DNA of 64,000 nucleotides, taken from assembly GCA_964187785.1 (NCBI GenBank), contig OZ076409.1, forward strand, positions 71,736,001 to 71,800,000. Reading direction: 5' to 3'. The stretch is from Amphiscolops sp. MND2022 (lineage: Eukaryota). Position numbers and translations under genes: made by a program. Numbering within the stretch: the first letter of the stretch is position 1; each line of letters opens with the position of its first letter. The notes under the pieces were generated by a model. It searched no databases, had not been told where the DNA came from, and saw only the letters and a program-made list of their open reading frames with translations. Below are positions 23,284 to 37,951 of this stretch, piece by piece.

Positions 23284-26200
23284 GTGGGCGGGGGTAATTC
23301 CCCAACAAAAAAATCGGCCGGCGGGTCGGGTCCTGCCGGCCGTCCAAAATCAAAATTATACTAGTAGAAAACGGCCGGTCAAACGAGCTATTTTTTTATT
23401 TAACCGTTAGAATTTGGGTTTAGATTGCATGCGGCCATGAAATGGCCATACGAATCGAAGTTCCTGCTGACGTTTTGCGATTGAAACACTTTATAAAAAG
23501 TTATGGCCAATTTGTCAGTCACCTAGAAGGGCAAAATGAGGAAAATTTCAACAAAGTCGCTGATAACTCAAAATGTGTTAATTTTTGGACTTTGACTGTG
23601 AAACAAGCTTGGAACCTTCATTTCGTGGCTGTGGCATTGCACTAAACACAAAAGATGTAAAGTTTTTACATTTTTTGAAAATTCGACATATTTGAAATTT
23701 TTTTCACTACTATCAGTACCCCATATGTCAAAAACACCTCAGAAAAAAATTTTTATTTGCTTTAAATTGAATACCTTGGTATCCATGGTTTCTGTCGGAA
23801 CCTACTCGCAGCCAAACACCCAACAGTTTGCATCCAATGTGAAAATAATTTTTTTTTCGAGGTTATAGGTGTATCACAAGGATTTCACAACTTAGTATTA
23901 ATTTACAAAATGGTCATTTTCAACATCATATTTTCATCGAGGCATGTCGGATATAGTCTTAATGCTCACGACCGGTCCTACTGGCAACGTAATACCCATT
24001 TATAGAAATATAAAGTTTAAAAAAAATATTTTCACCCGATCTTCAGTCATTTTTCAGTCATTCGGAACTTAACTTAGAAAAATTTCGACCAAAATACCCA
24101 TTTTTGTCAGGTCGAAAATTCAAATTCAGCTTTTTAAGCTAAATTATTAAATCTGACGTAACCAGTGGGGCCAATGAAACTCAAAACTGCAATAGACACT
24201 GGTATCAATGGCTCCAATAACATATGAGTCGCGATAAGGCGTTATTTTGAGCATTACGTCTCAATTGAGGTAAACATCTCGCAAGCCAGAGATCACTGTG
24301 AAAAGTGATTTCATCAAAAATTTACTCATTTTCGTCAATCACCATGTGCACAGAATGCGTAGGGTGAGTTTCAGCACTATAATGCGGTTTTTGAAGGAAT
24401 CGGTCTGCTCAAGGGGTGGTATGAGACATTTTTTTTCATGTAGTACTATATTTCTCAAAACTTTTAGCCCATTATCTCGAAAAGCTCACTTCGCAAATTA
24501 CTTTCAGTTACTCTATTCGAAGCTTAGAATATATATGAACACTGTGGTTGATCAGAAACTCTTGACTATTTTGTTTTTGGAAAAAAACTGCCTTGCATGT
24601 GTTACATTAGTGGCAGGAAAAATACCAGTAGCTCCAAAAATCACAATTTTGGACGGACAGACCTGCAATGATGCAAAGCAAAAACGTTTCAACAACTTCT
24701 GGCGCCACTTTTTTTACCCAAGAGGTTCGAAATTACTATTAACAATGCTGACATTCGCTATAAATAAGATCGAGGTCAATTTACTAACACTTAGGTTATA
24801 CATTTATATCTGAGAAACCATTCTTTGTCAGGTCGCAATTTTAAATTTAGTTTGGGAAACAATACTTTTCACTCTGAAGCAAACCGTTGGGCCCAAATTA
24901 CTCAAAAACTACAAAAAGACTGTCACCATATGCCCTAATAGCATATGAGATTCGACCGTTCGTTTTTAACACAAAAACTCTCATCCGAAGTAAACATGTT
25001 GAAAGCCTTGAATCACCGTGAGAAATGATTTCATCAAAAAATATTCCTTTTTCGTCAATCTTCATCTACACAGAACACGTTGTGTCATTTTCAGCCGTGA
25101 AATGAGCTTCTACCGTAATATGGGTTGCTCAAGGTGTTGTATAAGACAAAAACTTCCTCTTTTCTACTATCTTCTTCAAATATTTCAACCCTTTGTCACA
25201 AGAAGTTAATATTCAAAATCTCTTTGAAATGTTTCTTTAGGTTGGGGTGAAGTGTTAGAACAATAATTATGATCGAAGAATGATAGTATTGGTGTTTGGA
25301 CCATGTCCGGATGAACAAATTGCAAAATCATGAAAAATTTCTTACCATTTTTGGTCATTTTGTCAGTACTAAAAATGTTAGCTGAAAAAGAATTTTTTTG
25401 ATGGCACCATTGGATTCCTCTCAAAAAGTTAGCTATATGAACTGTGTAATAACCCCGTATCTTTTCAATTTAAATAATTTTAAAAAGCAAACTTTTTTGA
25501 CTAAAATCCTAAAAATCATACCATTTCCTAAAAAATTTCAAATGCCCCCCATTTGACGTATAAGAATAGCACAGAAAACTATCACATACCGATCGACTCT
25601 ACTTCTATTGTAGATTACCAGAATTTTGTTTAGAACAATTTTTGACGGATGCAAAAAAAATTTAAACCCTCCAAAAAAGGGCCAAAATTACACGAAAAAA
25701 TTGACCTTAAAATTTTAAAATGTCGAAAAATCATCAAAACCACAGCTTCTTGGGGTTCTATCAACTCCACGTGGTCCACAGAGTATGTTAAAACAAGTTT
25801 TACCCGTATTTGAGCAATATGTGAAAAAGCCGACTTTTTTGGGAATGAAAAACATACCATTTCCTAAAAAATTTCAAACGCACCCCATTTGACGTATAAG
25901 AATAGCACAGAAAACTATCACATACCGATCGACTCTACTTCCATTGTAGGTTACCAGAATCTTGTTTAGAACAATTGTTGACGGATGCAAAAAAAATTAA
26001 ACCCTCCAAAAATGGGCCAAAATTACACGAAAAAATTGACCTTAAATTTTTAAAATGTCAAAAAATCATCAAAACCACAGCTTCTTGGGGTTCTATCAAC
26101 TCCACGTGGTCCACAGAGTATGCTAAAACAGGTTTTACCTGTTTCTGAGCTATATGTGAAAAAACCGACATTTTGGGGAAGAAAAACATACCATTTCTTA

Positions 26201-28043
26201 AAAAATTTCAAATGCACGCCATTTGCCGTATGAGAATAGCACAGAAAACTATCACATACCGATCAACTCTACTTCTATTGTAGATTATCAGATTTTTGTT
26301 TAGAACAAATTTTTATGGATATAAAAAATTTTTAAACCCTCCAAAAATGAGCCAAAATAACACGAAAAAATGGACCCTAAATTTTTAAAATGTCAAAAAA
26401 TTATCCAAACCACAGCTTCTTGGGGTTCTATCAGCTCCACGTGGTCCACAGAGTATGCTAAAACAGGTTTTGCCCGTTTTTGAGCAGTATATGAAAAAGC
26501 CGACATTTTTGGGGAAGAAAAACATACCATTTCCTAAATAATTTCAAATGCAGGCAATTTGCCGTATGAGAGTAGCACAGAAAACTATCACACACCGATC
26601 AACTCTACTTCTTTTGTAGATTATCAGAATTATGTTTAGAGTAAAGTTTTATGGATATGAAAAATTTTTATACCCTCCAAAAATGGGCCAAAATGACACA
26701 AAAAAATTGACCTCAAATTTTTAAAATGTCAAAAAATTATCCAAACCACAGCGTCTTGGCGTTCTATCAACTCCAAATGACCTTCAGAGTATACCAAACC
26801 AGGTATTGCCAATCTTTTGAGCAATATTTAAAAACACCGACTATTTGGCAAGAACACGATAATATGTTCCATATAAGAAGTGAATCATTCCACATATATA
26901 CCCGGTCTAATATTTCCAAATTAGCGATAACATTTATACATGATGGTTTTTGAAAGTGAGCTTCATAAGAGGTTGAGATGTAATAATACGTAAATGGACC
27001 CTAAGTTTCATTGAAATCTCAATGGAATACGTCCAATCAACTTCAATCCTAACTATTATATAACAAAAAACACTTGAGTACATTCCATCTCCCCATCGGG
27101 GGAGATGAGAATGTACTTTTCAAAAGCCAAAAACTTCGAATTTTAAATCTTTTGTAACATTGTATGTAACTGTTGAAACGATGAACGAATAAAAATGCTT
27201 CTAGTACCTTCATCAATTTTTGCTTCAGCTCCTATTTCTGCAGAACAAAACCAAAAGACACACTTACAGCAGTTAAGTTCGATTGTATAACTCAGTGAAT
27301 AAAGGTATGACTGAGGAAGTTCACAAGTTGTTTCAAAAGTTTCCGGCCTTCCAAAATCATGAAACGTCCACACAACCAAGATAGCAAGTGAAAGAATGCT
27401 GAATGCACCTTATTAGATGAGATAAATAATGTGTGGAACTTGCCATTATCTCAAGATGACGTTGATTTATGATCTTTTAAGGATAGTTCGATATGTGACC
27501 ACAATAGTGGAAAACTTATTACTATTTGAAGAACACCGTGGAAAGCGTTCAGAAAGGACAGTATATTTGTTTCGAGCATGCATGCGTGTGTTCCTTTGGT
27601 GACGTTAGCTTAGTGTACATGACGGAGGTATTCGAGAGATTATGATAGAGTTTACTCACAAGTCTTTGTTTTTTTAAACTTTCTATGCCGTTGAGTACAT
27701 TCGTAAGGTACATCCATCCCCTTCTCTGGGAATGTACGTTTGCCAAATGACTGTCATCCAAAATTCGTAATCCGGACGAGTTTAACTACATAAACATGTG
27801 ATGAGCGTTTTCAATTCACAACCGAATAACATTTTTTTTCTCGAAAATGATGATGGTTTTGATTTTGATGTCTTCTACTTTTATCATCATGCAAACGACC
27901 TTACCATGTCTCTCTTCTGTCGTCATTTGTACAACGCCACATAGCGTTCCGACGCCCACCGTCTGTGGGCATGCCGAGGCATGCCCTTCGACGACGTATG
28001 CCAAATGAGCCATACCCGCACTCTGGAGTGCGGTAGCGGCTAG
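23284..28043 (+). repeat. Unit U11, family B (4760 bp; H3, tail T4 CCGCACTC-TG-GAGTGCGG)
   Basis: Same architecture as U3. 336-bp array at about 25480-26860; hairpin beta at 27078-27116. Confidence 0.95.
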
Positions 28044-30029
28044 GTGGGCGGGGGTAATTCCCCTTCAAAAAATTCGGCCGGCGGGTTGGGTCCTGCCAGA
28101 CGTCAAATAGTGTGAAACATCCAGTAGGAAACGGCGACATAAATCAGCGATTTTAAAATTTAACCGTTAGAATTCGGACTTGGAGTGCATGCGGCCCCAA
28201 AATGCCCATACGAATCGAAGTTCCTGCTGACGTTAAGCGATAAAAACACTTTATAAAAAGTTATGGCCCATTTTACGTTCACCTATAAGGGTAAAATGAA
28301 GAAAATTTTTACAAAGTCGCTGATAACTCAAAATACATTAATTTTTGGACTTTGACTGTGAAACAAGCTTAGAACCTTCATTTCGTGGCTGTGGCATTGC
28401 ACTGAACACAAAAGATGTAAAGTTTTTACATTTTTTGAAAATTCGACATTTTTGATTTTTTTTTCACTACTATCAGTACACTATATGTCAAAAACACCTC
28501 TGAAAAAAAATATTATTTGCTTAAAATTGGAAACCTTGGTATCCATGGTTTCTGTCGGAACCTACTCGCTGCCAAACACCCAACAGTTTGCATCCAATGT
28601 GAAATTAAAATTTTTTTCGAGGTCTTAGGTGTTTCACAAGGATTTCTCAACTCAGTTTCAATTTACAAATTGGTCATATTGAACACAATATTTTCATCGA
28701 AGCTTGTCAGATACCGCCCTAATGCTCACTAATGGGCCTACTCGCAACGTTGGAACCGTTTATAGTAATAGAAAGTTTAAAAAAAATATTTTCACCCTGT
28801 CTTCAGTCATTTTTCAGTCATTCGGAACTTAACTTAGAAAAATTTCGACCAAAATACCCATTTTTTGTCAAGTCGAAAAATCAAATTCAGATTTTTAAGC
28901 AAAATTATTTACTCTGACGTAACTAGTGGGCCCCATGATACTCAAAAACACGATTGGGACCGGTACCAATGGCTCCAATTTCATATGAGCCGCGATAAGA
29001 CGTTATTTTGAGCAACACGTCTCAATAGAGGTAAACATCTCGCAAGCCTGGGGTCACAGTGAAAAGTAATTTCATCAAGAATTTACTCATTTTTGTCAAT
29101 CACTATATGCACAGAGTGCTTTGGGTGCGTTTCAGCACTTTAATGAGGTTTTTGAAGGCATCGGTCTGCTCAAGAGGTGGTATGAGACATTTTTTTCCTG
29201 TATACTACTGTATTTTCCAAAACTTTTAGCCAATTATCTGGAAAACTAACTTGACAAAATACTTTCAATTACTTTATTCAGAGGTTACAATATAGATGAA
29301 CCCTGTGGTTGATCAGAAACTCTCAACTATTTTGTTTTCCGGAAAAAATCACTTCGCATCTGTTACATTTGTAGCATGAAAAAAAGCAGAATCTAAAAAA
29401 TACGCAGTTTTGTTAAGATAGAATTGCGTTGATTGTGTCTAAAAAGTTAATAAACACGTCTGACGCCACCATACAGACCCAAAATGATTGAACATGTCAA
29501 TCAGAATGCTGACATGTGTTCTATCTACGATCATGGTTTGACAATTTTTGCATTATTTTCAAGTACCTGTTAACTGAATCTTGTGATAGCCTTTTAAGTT
29601 GGCCTTGTGTCAACTTTGGAAGGCTATCACATCAAAAAATAATCAACAAAAATGCTTTTTATTTATACAATGTTGTTTTCGATAAACATTTTTGCGATTC
29701 TAAGCTACCGTTAGTACCTTCCATGAGGTCATCTAACGATAGCATGCAGTCTCTGATAAAAAATTATGAACTCAATTACATTTTTCTAAAATTTTTCTCA
29801 GAGAAAAGTACAAATAAATAAAAACAATATAAAATTCTAATCTCAAACAACTATAAATTGTCTGTTTTTCACCGTTATCAGTTTACGACCCATCACCCTA
29901 TGTCACGGCACCGTCATTAGTACAACGCCACATAGTGTTGCGACGTGCACAGTCTGTGGGCATGCCGAGGCATGCCCTTCGACGACGTATGCCGAATACC
30001 GCGGGCCTACGCCCGCGCTCCCCGGCTAG
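28044..30029 (+). repeat. Unit U12, family A (1986 bp; H2, T1)
   Basis: Closely similar to U24. Confidence 0.95.
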
Positions 30030-32001
30030 GTGCGGGGGGGAAACCCCAACAAATATATTGGAGGATTCGGGTAGGGTCCTGAATCCGATTTTAACTCTAA
30101 TAGCTATCGATAGGAAATCGTGCAAAAATTTCGGGATCTCGTGATCTAACCATAGGATTTTAAAGTTGGAGCGGCCCCCACCAGATTTTCCAAAGTTATT
30201 CGCCCCCCACCGGGTTCCAGCGTGATTGAAATATTTTGACGGGGTACACGGGCGACCGTTAGGGGTCATTTTGGGGGTAAAATTTATATCCGGTCGCATA
30301 ACTTTTTTCCTGTTGGATTAAAACTTTGGGACCCTGCTAAAAGTTTCTTGACCGTGTTGCGGGGGCTCCGGAGGTCCAAACCAAATTTTTCTATCTTGAA
30401 GCTATCTCCAAGTACCCCCCCGCCCAAACCGTTATTTTTCCGGAAACGCAGGTTTTTGACCCGGAAGGAGTCGTCTGAGCGCGGGGTCGTTAGGTGATGT
30501 ATTGGGGACGGCCTTGAGACGAAGCGGGGGATATATAGTTTGCCGACCCCAGTTCACCCCCCGGACGGGAAATGACCGTTATATGAGCGGGAAAAATGCC
30601 CCCCTCCACGTTTTACCGCTATTTCCGGTGTGAAGGAGTGGGAGTAGCGCTTCGGGAGCCATATATCAAAAATAAGTTTAGACAAGGACCTACCGGAAAC
30701 ATGTAGTTTGGGACCCCCTGGACCAACCCGTTAGCGGGAAATGGGGCTTCCGCCTCCTTTTTTTACTGCTAAAACCGTAAAATGGGCATTGAGGGGTAAA
30801 TATCTCGTGAACGCGTGGAGCAATCGTGTCCATCACTACTACAAGGTTTCATACCCATGATATGGTGCCTTCAGGGGGGCAAACAGATTTCCGCTATCTA
30901 TCACCGTTACCGACTTGGCCCCCCAGCCTAACCGCTATGTGACCGGAAATGTCACTTTTTGGGCCCAAAGGGTCGGTCCCAGCCGGGGAACGGTAGGTAA
31001 CTTATTGTAGTACTCAATGAGACGAGATGGGGGACATAGTTTCAGTCACCCCCCGTTACCCCTTGGGACCGGAAATGACCGTTATGAGGGTAAATTTGCA
31101 TTTTTTATACTCTTTGAAGTGCATTTTTGTGCGGGAGGAGTGGTAATAGGTGCTTGGACACTATATGAGGTAAGGGAGGACGTGAGGCGAACATTCGGAA
31201 ATAACCGTTATGTTGACCCTAAAGTACCCCTGGTACCGTAAACGACCGGAAATGGTCAAATTTTGCGTCTATTGGGTACAAATGTTTGGTATTTTGTAGA
31301 TAAAAGTATCTATTAGGTGTTTCGACGGTCTGCAGTAGTGAACGTAGTCATGAAACCTTGTGGGGGGTAACGGTATATAGCACCGGAAGTCCAAACCGTT
31401 GGACACAGGATATGTTTTTGGTTTGAAAAGGTCTTTCGGTGTACTTTTGTCGACTATTATGGACTATGTTTAAAAATTACAGTTTTTCCATATAGTTTCA
31501 GAGACTCCGAAACCTCAATCAACATAACCGTTACCTTTCGATAGCCTTTCAAGTTGGCCTGGTGTCAACTTGGAAGCGCTATCCTTCTAAAATCGTTATT
31601 CAAGAGTGTTTTTGGGTAGGTATATTTTGCATTAGTACCAATTAGAGCTTCATCAACAGTGTATCAACGACAAAAACTAAGCCGTCATGATTCCGTTATT
31701 AGAATAATAGTGAGCTAATTGTTGACAAAAATAATTTTTTCCATACAAAATGTGTCCTAAATGCCAGGAAACCTATTTACCTAACAAATGGTATTGATTG
31801 GAATGTATGTAACAGATTTATAAAAATTCAAATTGAATATTACGTTTCATTATGGAAGCTGAAACGTCATATTTCAGTTTAATTAACGTCCACGCCACAT
31901 ACTTTACATCAACGCCCACCGTCTGTGGGCATGCCGAGGCATGCCCTTCGACGACGTATACCAAATACATACCCAAACGACGCCCGTACATGCCGGGCTA
32001 G
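30030..32001 (+). repeat. Unit U13, family E (1972 bp)
   Basis: Starts GTGCGGGGGGGAAACCCC. Has about 1.4 copies of the 503-bp repeat shared with C and a hairpin alpha variant at 31540-31583. Confidence 0.93.
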
Positions 32002-33987
32002 GTGGGCGGGGGTAATTCCCCAACAAAAAAATCGGCCGGCGGGTCGGGTCCTGCCGGCCGTCCAAAATCAAAATTATACTAGTAGAAAACGGCCGGTCAA
32101 ACGAGCTATTTTTTTATTTAACCGTTAGAATTTGGGTTTAGATTGCATGCGGTCATGAAATGGCCATACGAATCGAAGTTCCTGTTGACGTTTTGCGATT
32201 GAAACACTTTATAAAAAGTTATGGCCAATTTGTCAGTCACCTAGAAGGGCAAAATGAGGAAAATTTTAACAAAGTCGCTGATATCTCAAAATGTGTTAAT
32301 TTTTGGACTTTGACTGTGAAACAAGCTTGGAACCTTCATTTCGTGGCTGTGGCATTGCACTGAACACAAAAGCTGTAAAGTTTTCACATTTTTTGAAAAT
32401 TCGACATTTTTGAAATTTTTTTCACTACTATCAGTACCCCATATGTCAAAAACACCTCAGAAAAATTTTTTTATTTGCTTTAAGTTGGAAACCTTGGTAT
32501 CCATGGTTTCTGTCGGAACCTACTCGCAGCCAAACACCCAACAGTTTGCATCCAATGTGAAATAAAAAATTTTTTCGAGGTCATAAGCGTTTCACAAGGT
32601 TTTCATGATTTAGTATTAAATTACATAGTGGTCATTTTAAACATAAAATTTTGGTCCAGGCATGTCGGATATAGTCTGAATGCTCACGAACGGTCCTACT
32701 GGCAACGTAGGAACCATTTATAGTAATAAAAAGTATTAAAAATTTTTTTCACCCGGTCTTCAGTCATTTTTCAGATATTCGGAACTTAACTTAGAAAATT
32801 TTCGAACCAAATACCCATTTTTTGTCAGGTCGAAAATTGAAATTCAGCTATTAAAGCAAAATTTTTTACTCTGACGTAACCAGTGGGGTCCATGATACTC
32901 AAAAATACGATTGGGACTGGTACCAATGGCTCCTATATCATATGAGCCGCGATAAGACGTTATTTTGAGCAATACGTCTCAATTGAGGTAAACATCTCGC
33001 AAGCCTGGGATCACAGTGAAATGTAATTTCATCAAAAAATTACTCATTTTCGTCAATCACTATGTGCATAGAGTGGGTAGGGTGAGTTCCAACACTATAA
33101 TGAGGTTTTTGAAGGCATCGGGTTGCTCAAGGGGTGGTATGAGTCATTACTTTCCTATATACAACTGTATTTTCAAAAACTTTTAGCCCATTATCTGGAA
33201 AAACTAACTTGACAAAATACTTTCAATTACTTTATTCAAAGGTTACAATATAGATGAACACTGTGGTTGATCAGAAACTTTCATCTCTTTCGTTTTCCGA
33301 AATAACTCCTTTCAAATGTGTTACATTTGTAGCAGGAAAAAAACTGAAACTAAAAAATACGCGATTTTGCTGAGATAGAATCGCAATGGTTGCGCCTAAA
33401 ATCTCTTTAAAAACTTCTAACGCAGCCTTATGGACCCAAAATGATTGAAAATGCCATTCACAATGCTGACATGTGCTCTTTCTACGATCCTGGCTGGACA
33501 AGTTTTGCATTTTTTTCAAGTACCTGTTAACTGAACATTGTGATAGCCTTTCAAGTTGGCCTTGTGTCAACTTGGGAAGGCTGTCACATCAAAAAACTGT
33601 CCACAAAAATACCATTTGTTTATAGGATATTGCTGTCGATGCTTCACTTCGTGATTCGATCATGTCGTGAGTTCCTTCCATCAGGTCAGCTAACATTTGG
33701 ATTCAGTGTTGGATAAGAACCTATGATTTTCATGACAATTTTCGTTTTTTTTTGCCAACAAAAAGTACAAATAAATGATATAAAACATATTTGTAACCTC
33801 TAGGAAGTTTAACTTTACCTTTTTTACCGTTACCATCACAACCCACCCCCTACGACCTCGCAGTGTCCTCATTACAACGCCACATAGTGTAGCGACGCCC
33901 ACAGTCTGTGGGCATGCCGAGGCATGCCCTTCGACGACGTATGCCAAAAATAGCGCCCTCCGCGGTCACTACCGCGGTAGCAGCTAG
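32002..33987 (+). repeat. Unit U14, family A (1986 bp; H3, T3)
   Basis: Junction to junction. Confidence 0.95.
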
Positions 33988-35979
33988 GTGGGCGGGGGTA
34001 ATTCCCCAACAAAAAAATCGGCCGGCGGGTCGGGTCCTGCCGGCCGTCCAAAATCAAAATCCTCCTAGTAGAAAACGGCATGTCAAACGAGCTATTTTTT
34101 TATTTAACCATACGAATTTCACCATTTTTTGCATGCGGCCCTGAAATGGCCATACGAGACGAAGTTCCTGCTGACGTTTTGCGATGTAAATGTTTTATAA
34201 AAAGTTGTGGCCGATTTGTCACTTACCAAGAAGGGCAAAATGAGGAAAATTTTTACAAAGTCGCTGATAACTCAAAATGTGTTAATTTTTGGACATTGAC
34301 TGTGAAACAAGCTTGGAACCTTCATTTCGTGGCTGTGGCATTGCACTGAACACAAAAGATGTAAAGTTTTTACATTTTTTGAAAATTCGACATTTTTGAT
34401 TTTTTTTTCACTAGTATCAGTACACTATATGTCAAAAACACCTCTGAAAAAAATTTTTATTTGCTCAAATTTAGAAACCTCGGTATCCATGGTTTCCGTC
34501 AGTACCTACTCGCTGCAAAACGCTCTACAGTTTGCATCCAATGTGAAAATAAAATTTTTTTGGAAGACTTAGGTGTTTCACAAGGATTTCTCAACTTAGT
34601 ATCAATTTACAAATTGGTCATTTTGAACACATTATTTCCATCGAAGCTTGTCGGCTATAGCCTTAATGTTCTAGAACGGTCTCACTGGCAACGTAGGAAC
34701 CATTTATAGTAATAGAAAGTTTTAAAAAAATATTTTCACCCGGTCTTCAGTCATTTTTCAGTCATTCGGAACTTAACTTAGAAAAATTTCGACCAAAATA
34801 CCCATTTTTTGTCAGGTCGAAAAATCAAAATCAGATTTTTAAGCAAAATTATTAACTCTGACGTAACCCATGGGGCCCATGATACTCAAAACAACGATTG
34901 ACACTGGTATCAATGGCTCCAATAACATATGAGTCGCGATAAGACGTTATTTTGAGCAATATGTCTCAATTAAGTTAAAGATCTCACCAACCAGTGATCA
35001 CTGTGAAATGTAAATTCATTAAAAATTTACTCATTTTCGTCAATCACCATGTGCACAGAGTGCGTAGGGTGAGTTCCAGCACTATAATGAGGTTTTTGAA
35101 GGCATCGGGTTGCTCAAGGGGTGGTATGAGACATTTTTTTCCTATATACTACTGTATTTTCCAAAAGTTTTAGCCCATTATCTGGAAAAACTAACTTGAC
35201 AAAATACTTTCAATAACTTTATTCAAAGGTTACAATGTAGATGAACCCAGTGGTTGATCAAAAATTTTCATCTCTTTCGGTTTCCGAAATAATTCCCTTC
35301 GAATGTGTTACATTTGTAGCAGGAAAAAAACCGAAACTAAAAAATACGCGATTTTGCTGAGATAGAATCGCAATGGTTGCCTCTAAAATCTCTTTAAATA
35401 CTTCTAACGCGACCTTATGGACCCAAAATGATTGAAAATGCCATTCACAATGCTGACATGTGCTCTTTCGACGATCCTGGCTAGACAAGTTTTGCATATT
35501 TTTCAAGTACCTGTTAACTGAATTTTGTGATAGCCTTTTAAGTTGGCCTTGTGTCAACTTGGGAAGGCTATCACATCAAAAAACTTTCATCAAAAATACT
35601 TTATGTTTATACAATAATGTAGTCGATAGTTATTTTCGTGATTTTACACTACCGTTAGTACCTTCCGCCAGGTCAGCTGACGATTGCATGCTGTCTTTGA
35701 TAAAAACGTATGAACACCAAGAAAATTTTGTTGTATTTTTGTTGAAGAAAAGTATTAATAAATAATAAAAATATAATTCTAACCTTAAACAACTATAAAT
35801 TTGCTTAACCGTTATTAGTCCTACCACCTATCATCAGCCTATGCCATGGCCCGGTGATTAGTAGTACAACGCCACATAAAGTAGCGACGCCCACAGTCTG
35901 TGGGCATGCCGAGGCATGCCCTTCGACGACGTATGGCAATTTTAGCGTAGCCCGCGGTCACTACCGCGGTAGCAGCTAG
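33988..35979 (+). repeat. Unit U15, family A (1992 bp; H3, T3)
   Basis: Junction to junction. Confidence 0.95.
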
Positions 35980-37951
35980 GTGCGGGGGGGTAACCCCAAC
36001 AAATATATTGGAGGATTCGGGTAGGGTCCTGAATCCGATTTTAACTCTAATAGCTATCGATAGGAAATCTTGCAAAAATTTCGGGATCTCGTGATCTAAC
36101 CATAGGATTTTAAAGTTGGAGCGGCCCCCACCAGATTTTCCAAAATTATTCGCCCCCCACCGGGTTCCAGCGTGATTGAAATATTTTGTCGGGGTACACG
36201 GGCGACCGTTAGGGGTCATTTTGGGGGTAAAATTTATATAATGTCGCATAACTTTTTTCCTGTTGGATTAAAACTTTGGGACCCTGCTAAAAGTTTCTTG
36301 ACCGTGTTGCGGGGGCTCCGGAGGTCCAAACCAAATTTTTCTATCTTGAAGCTATCTCCAAGTACCCCCCCGCCCAAACCGTTATTTTTCCGGAAACGCA
36401 GGTTTTTGACCCGGAAGGAGTCGTCTGAGCGCGGGGTCGTTAGGTGATGTATTGGGGACGGCTTCGAGACGAAGCGGGGGACGTGTAGTTTGCCGACCCC
36501 AGTTTACCCCCCGGACGGGAAATGACCGTTATTTGAGCGGGAAAAATGTCCCCCTCCACGTTTTACCGCTATTTCCGGTGTGAAGGAGTGGGAGTAGCGC
36601 GTCGGGTGTTATATAACAAAAGTAGGTTTAGACAAGGACCTATCGGAAACATGTAGTTTGGGACCCTCTGGACCAACCCGTTAGCGGGAAATGGCGCTTC
36701 CGCTTCCTTTTTTTACTGCTAAAACCGTAAAATGGGCATTGAGGGGTAAATATCTCGTGAACGCGTGGAGCAATCGTGTCCATCACTACTACAAGGTTTC
36801 ATACCCATGATATGGTGCCTTCAGGGGGGCAAACAGATTTCCGCTATCTATCACCGTTACCGACTTGGCCCCCCAGCCTAACCGCTATGTGACCGGAAAT
36901 GTCACTTTTTGAGCCCAAAGGGTCGGTCCCAGCCGGGGAACGTTAGGTAACTTATTGTAGTACTCAATGAGACGAGTTGGGGGATATAGTTTCAGTCACC
37001 CCCCGTTACCCCTTGGGACCGGAAATGACCGTTATGTGGGTAAAATTGCAATTTTTATACTTTTTCAAGTGTATTTAGGTGCGGAAGGAGTGGTAATAGG
37101 TGCTTGGACACTATATGAGGTAAGGGAGGACGTGAGGCGAGCATTCGGAAATAACCGCTATGTTGACCCTAAAGTCCCCCTGGTACCGTAAACGACCGGA
37201 AATGGTCAAATTTTGTGTCTATTGGGTACAAATGTTTAGTATTTTGTAGATAAAAGTATCTATTAGGTGTTTCGACGGCCTGCAATAGTGAACATAGTCA
37301 TGAAACCTTGTGGGGGGTAACGGGGTATATAGCACCGGAAGTCCAAACCGTTGGACACAGGATAGGTTTTTGGTTTGAAAATGTCTTTCGGCGTACTTTT
37401 GTCGACTATTATGGACTATTATTAAAAATTAAAGTTTTTCCATATAGTTTCAGAGACTCCGAAATCTCAACCAACATAACCGTTACACTTTGATAGCCTT
37501 TCAAGTTGGCCTGGTGTCAACTTGGAAGCGCTATCCTTCTGAAATCGTTAATCAATAGTGTTTTTGGGTAGGTATATATTGCATTAGTACCAATTAGAGC
37601 TTCATCAACAGTGTATCAACGACAAAAACTATGCCGTCATGATTCCGTTATTAGAATCATAGTGAGCAAATAGTTAAAAAAATGGTTTTTTCCATACAAA
37701 ATGTGTCCTAAATGCCAGGAAACCTATTTACCTAACAAATGGTATTAATTGGAATGTATGTAACAGATTTATAAAAGTTCAAATTGAATATTACATTTCA
37801 TTATGGAAGCTAAAACTTCATAACATAGTTTAATTAACGTCCACGCCACATACTTTACATCAACGCCCACCGTCTGTGGGCATGCCGAGGCATGCCCTTC
37901 GACGACGTATACCAAATACATACCTAACGACGCCCGTACATGCCGGGCTAG
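35980..37951 (+). repeat. Unit U16, family E (1972 bp)
   Basis: Homologous to U13 end to end. Confidence 0.93.
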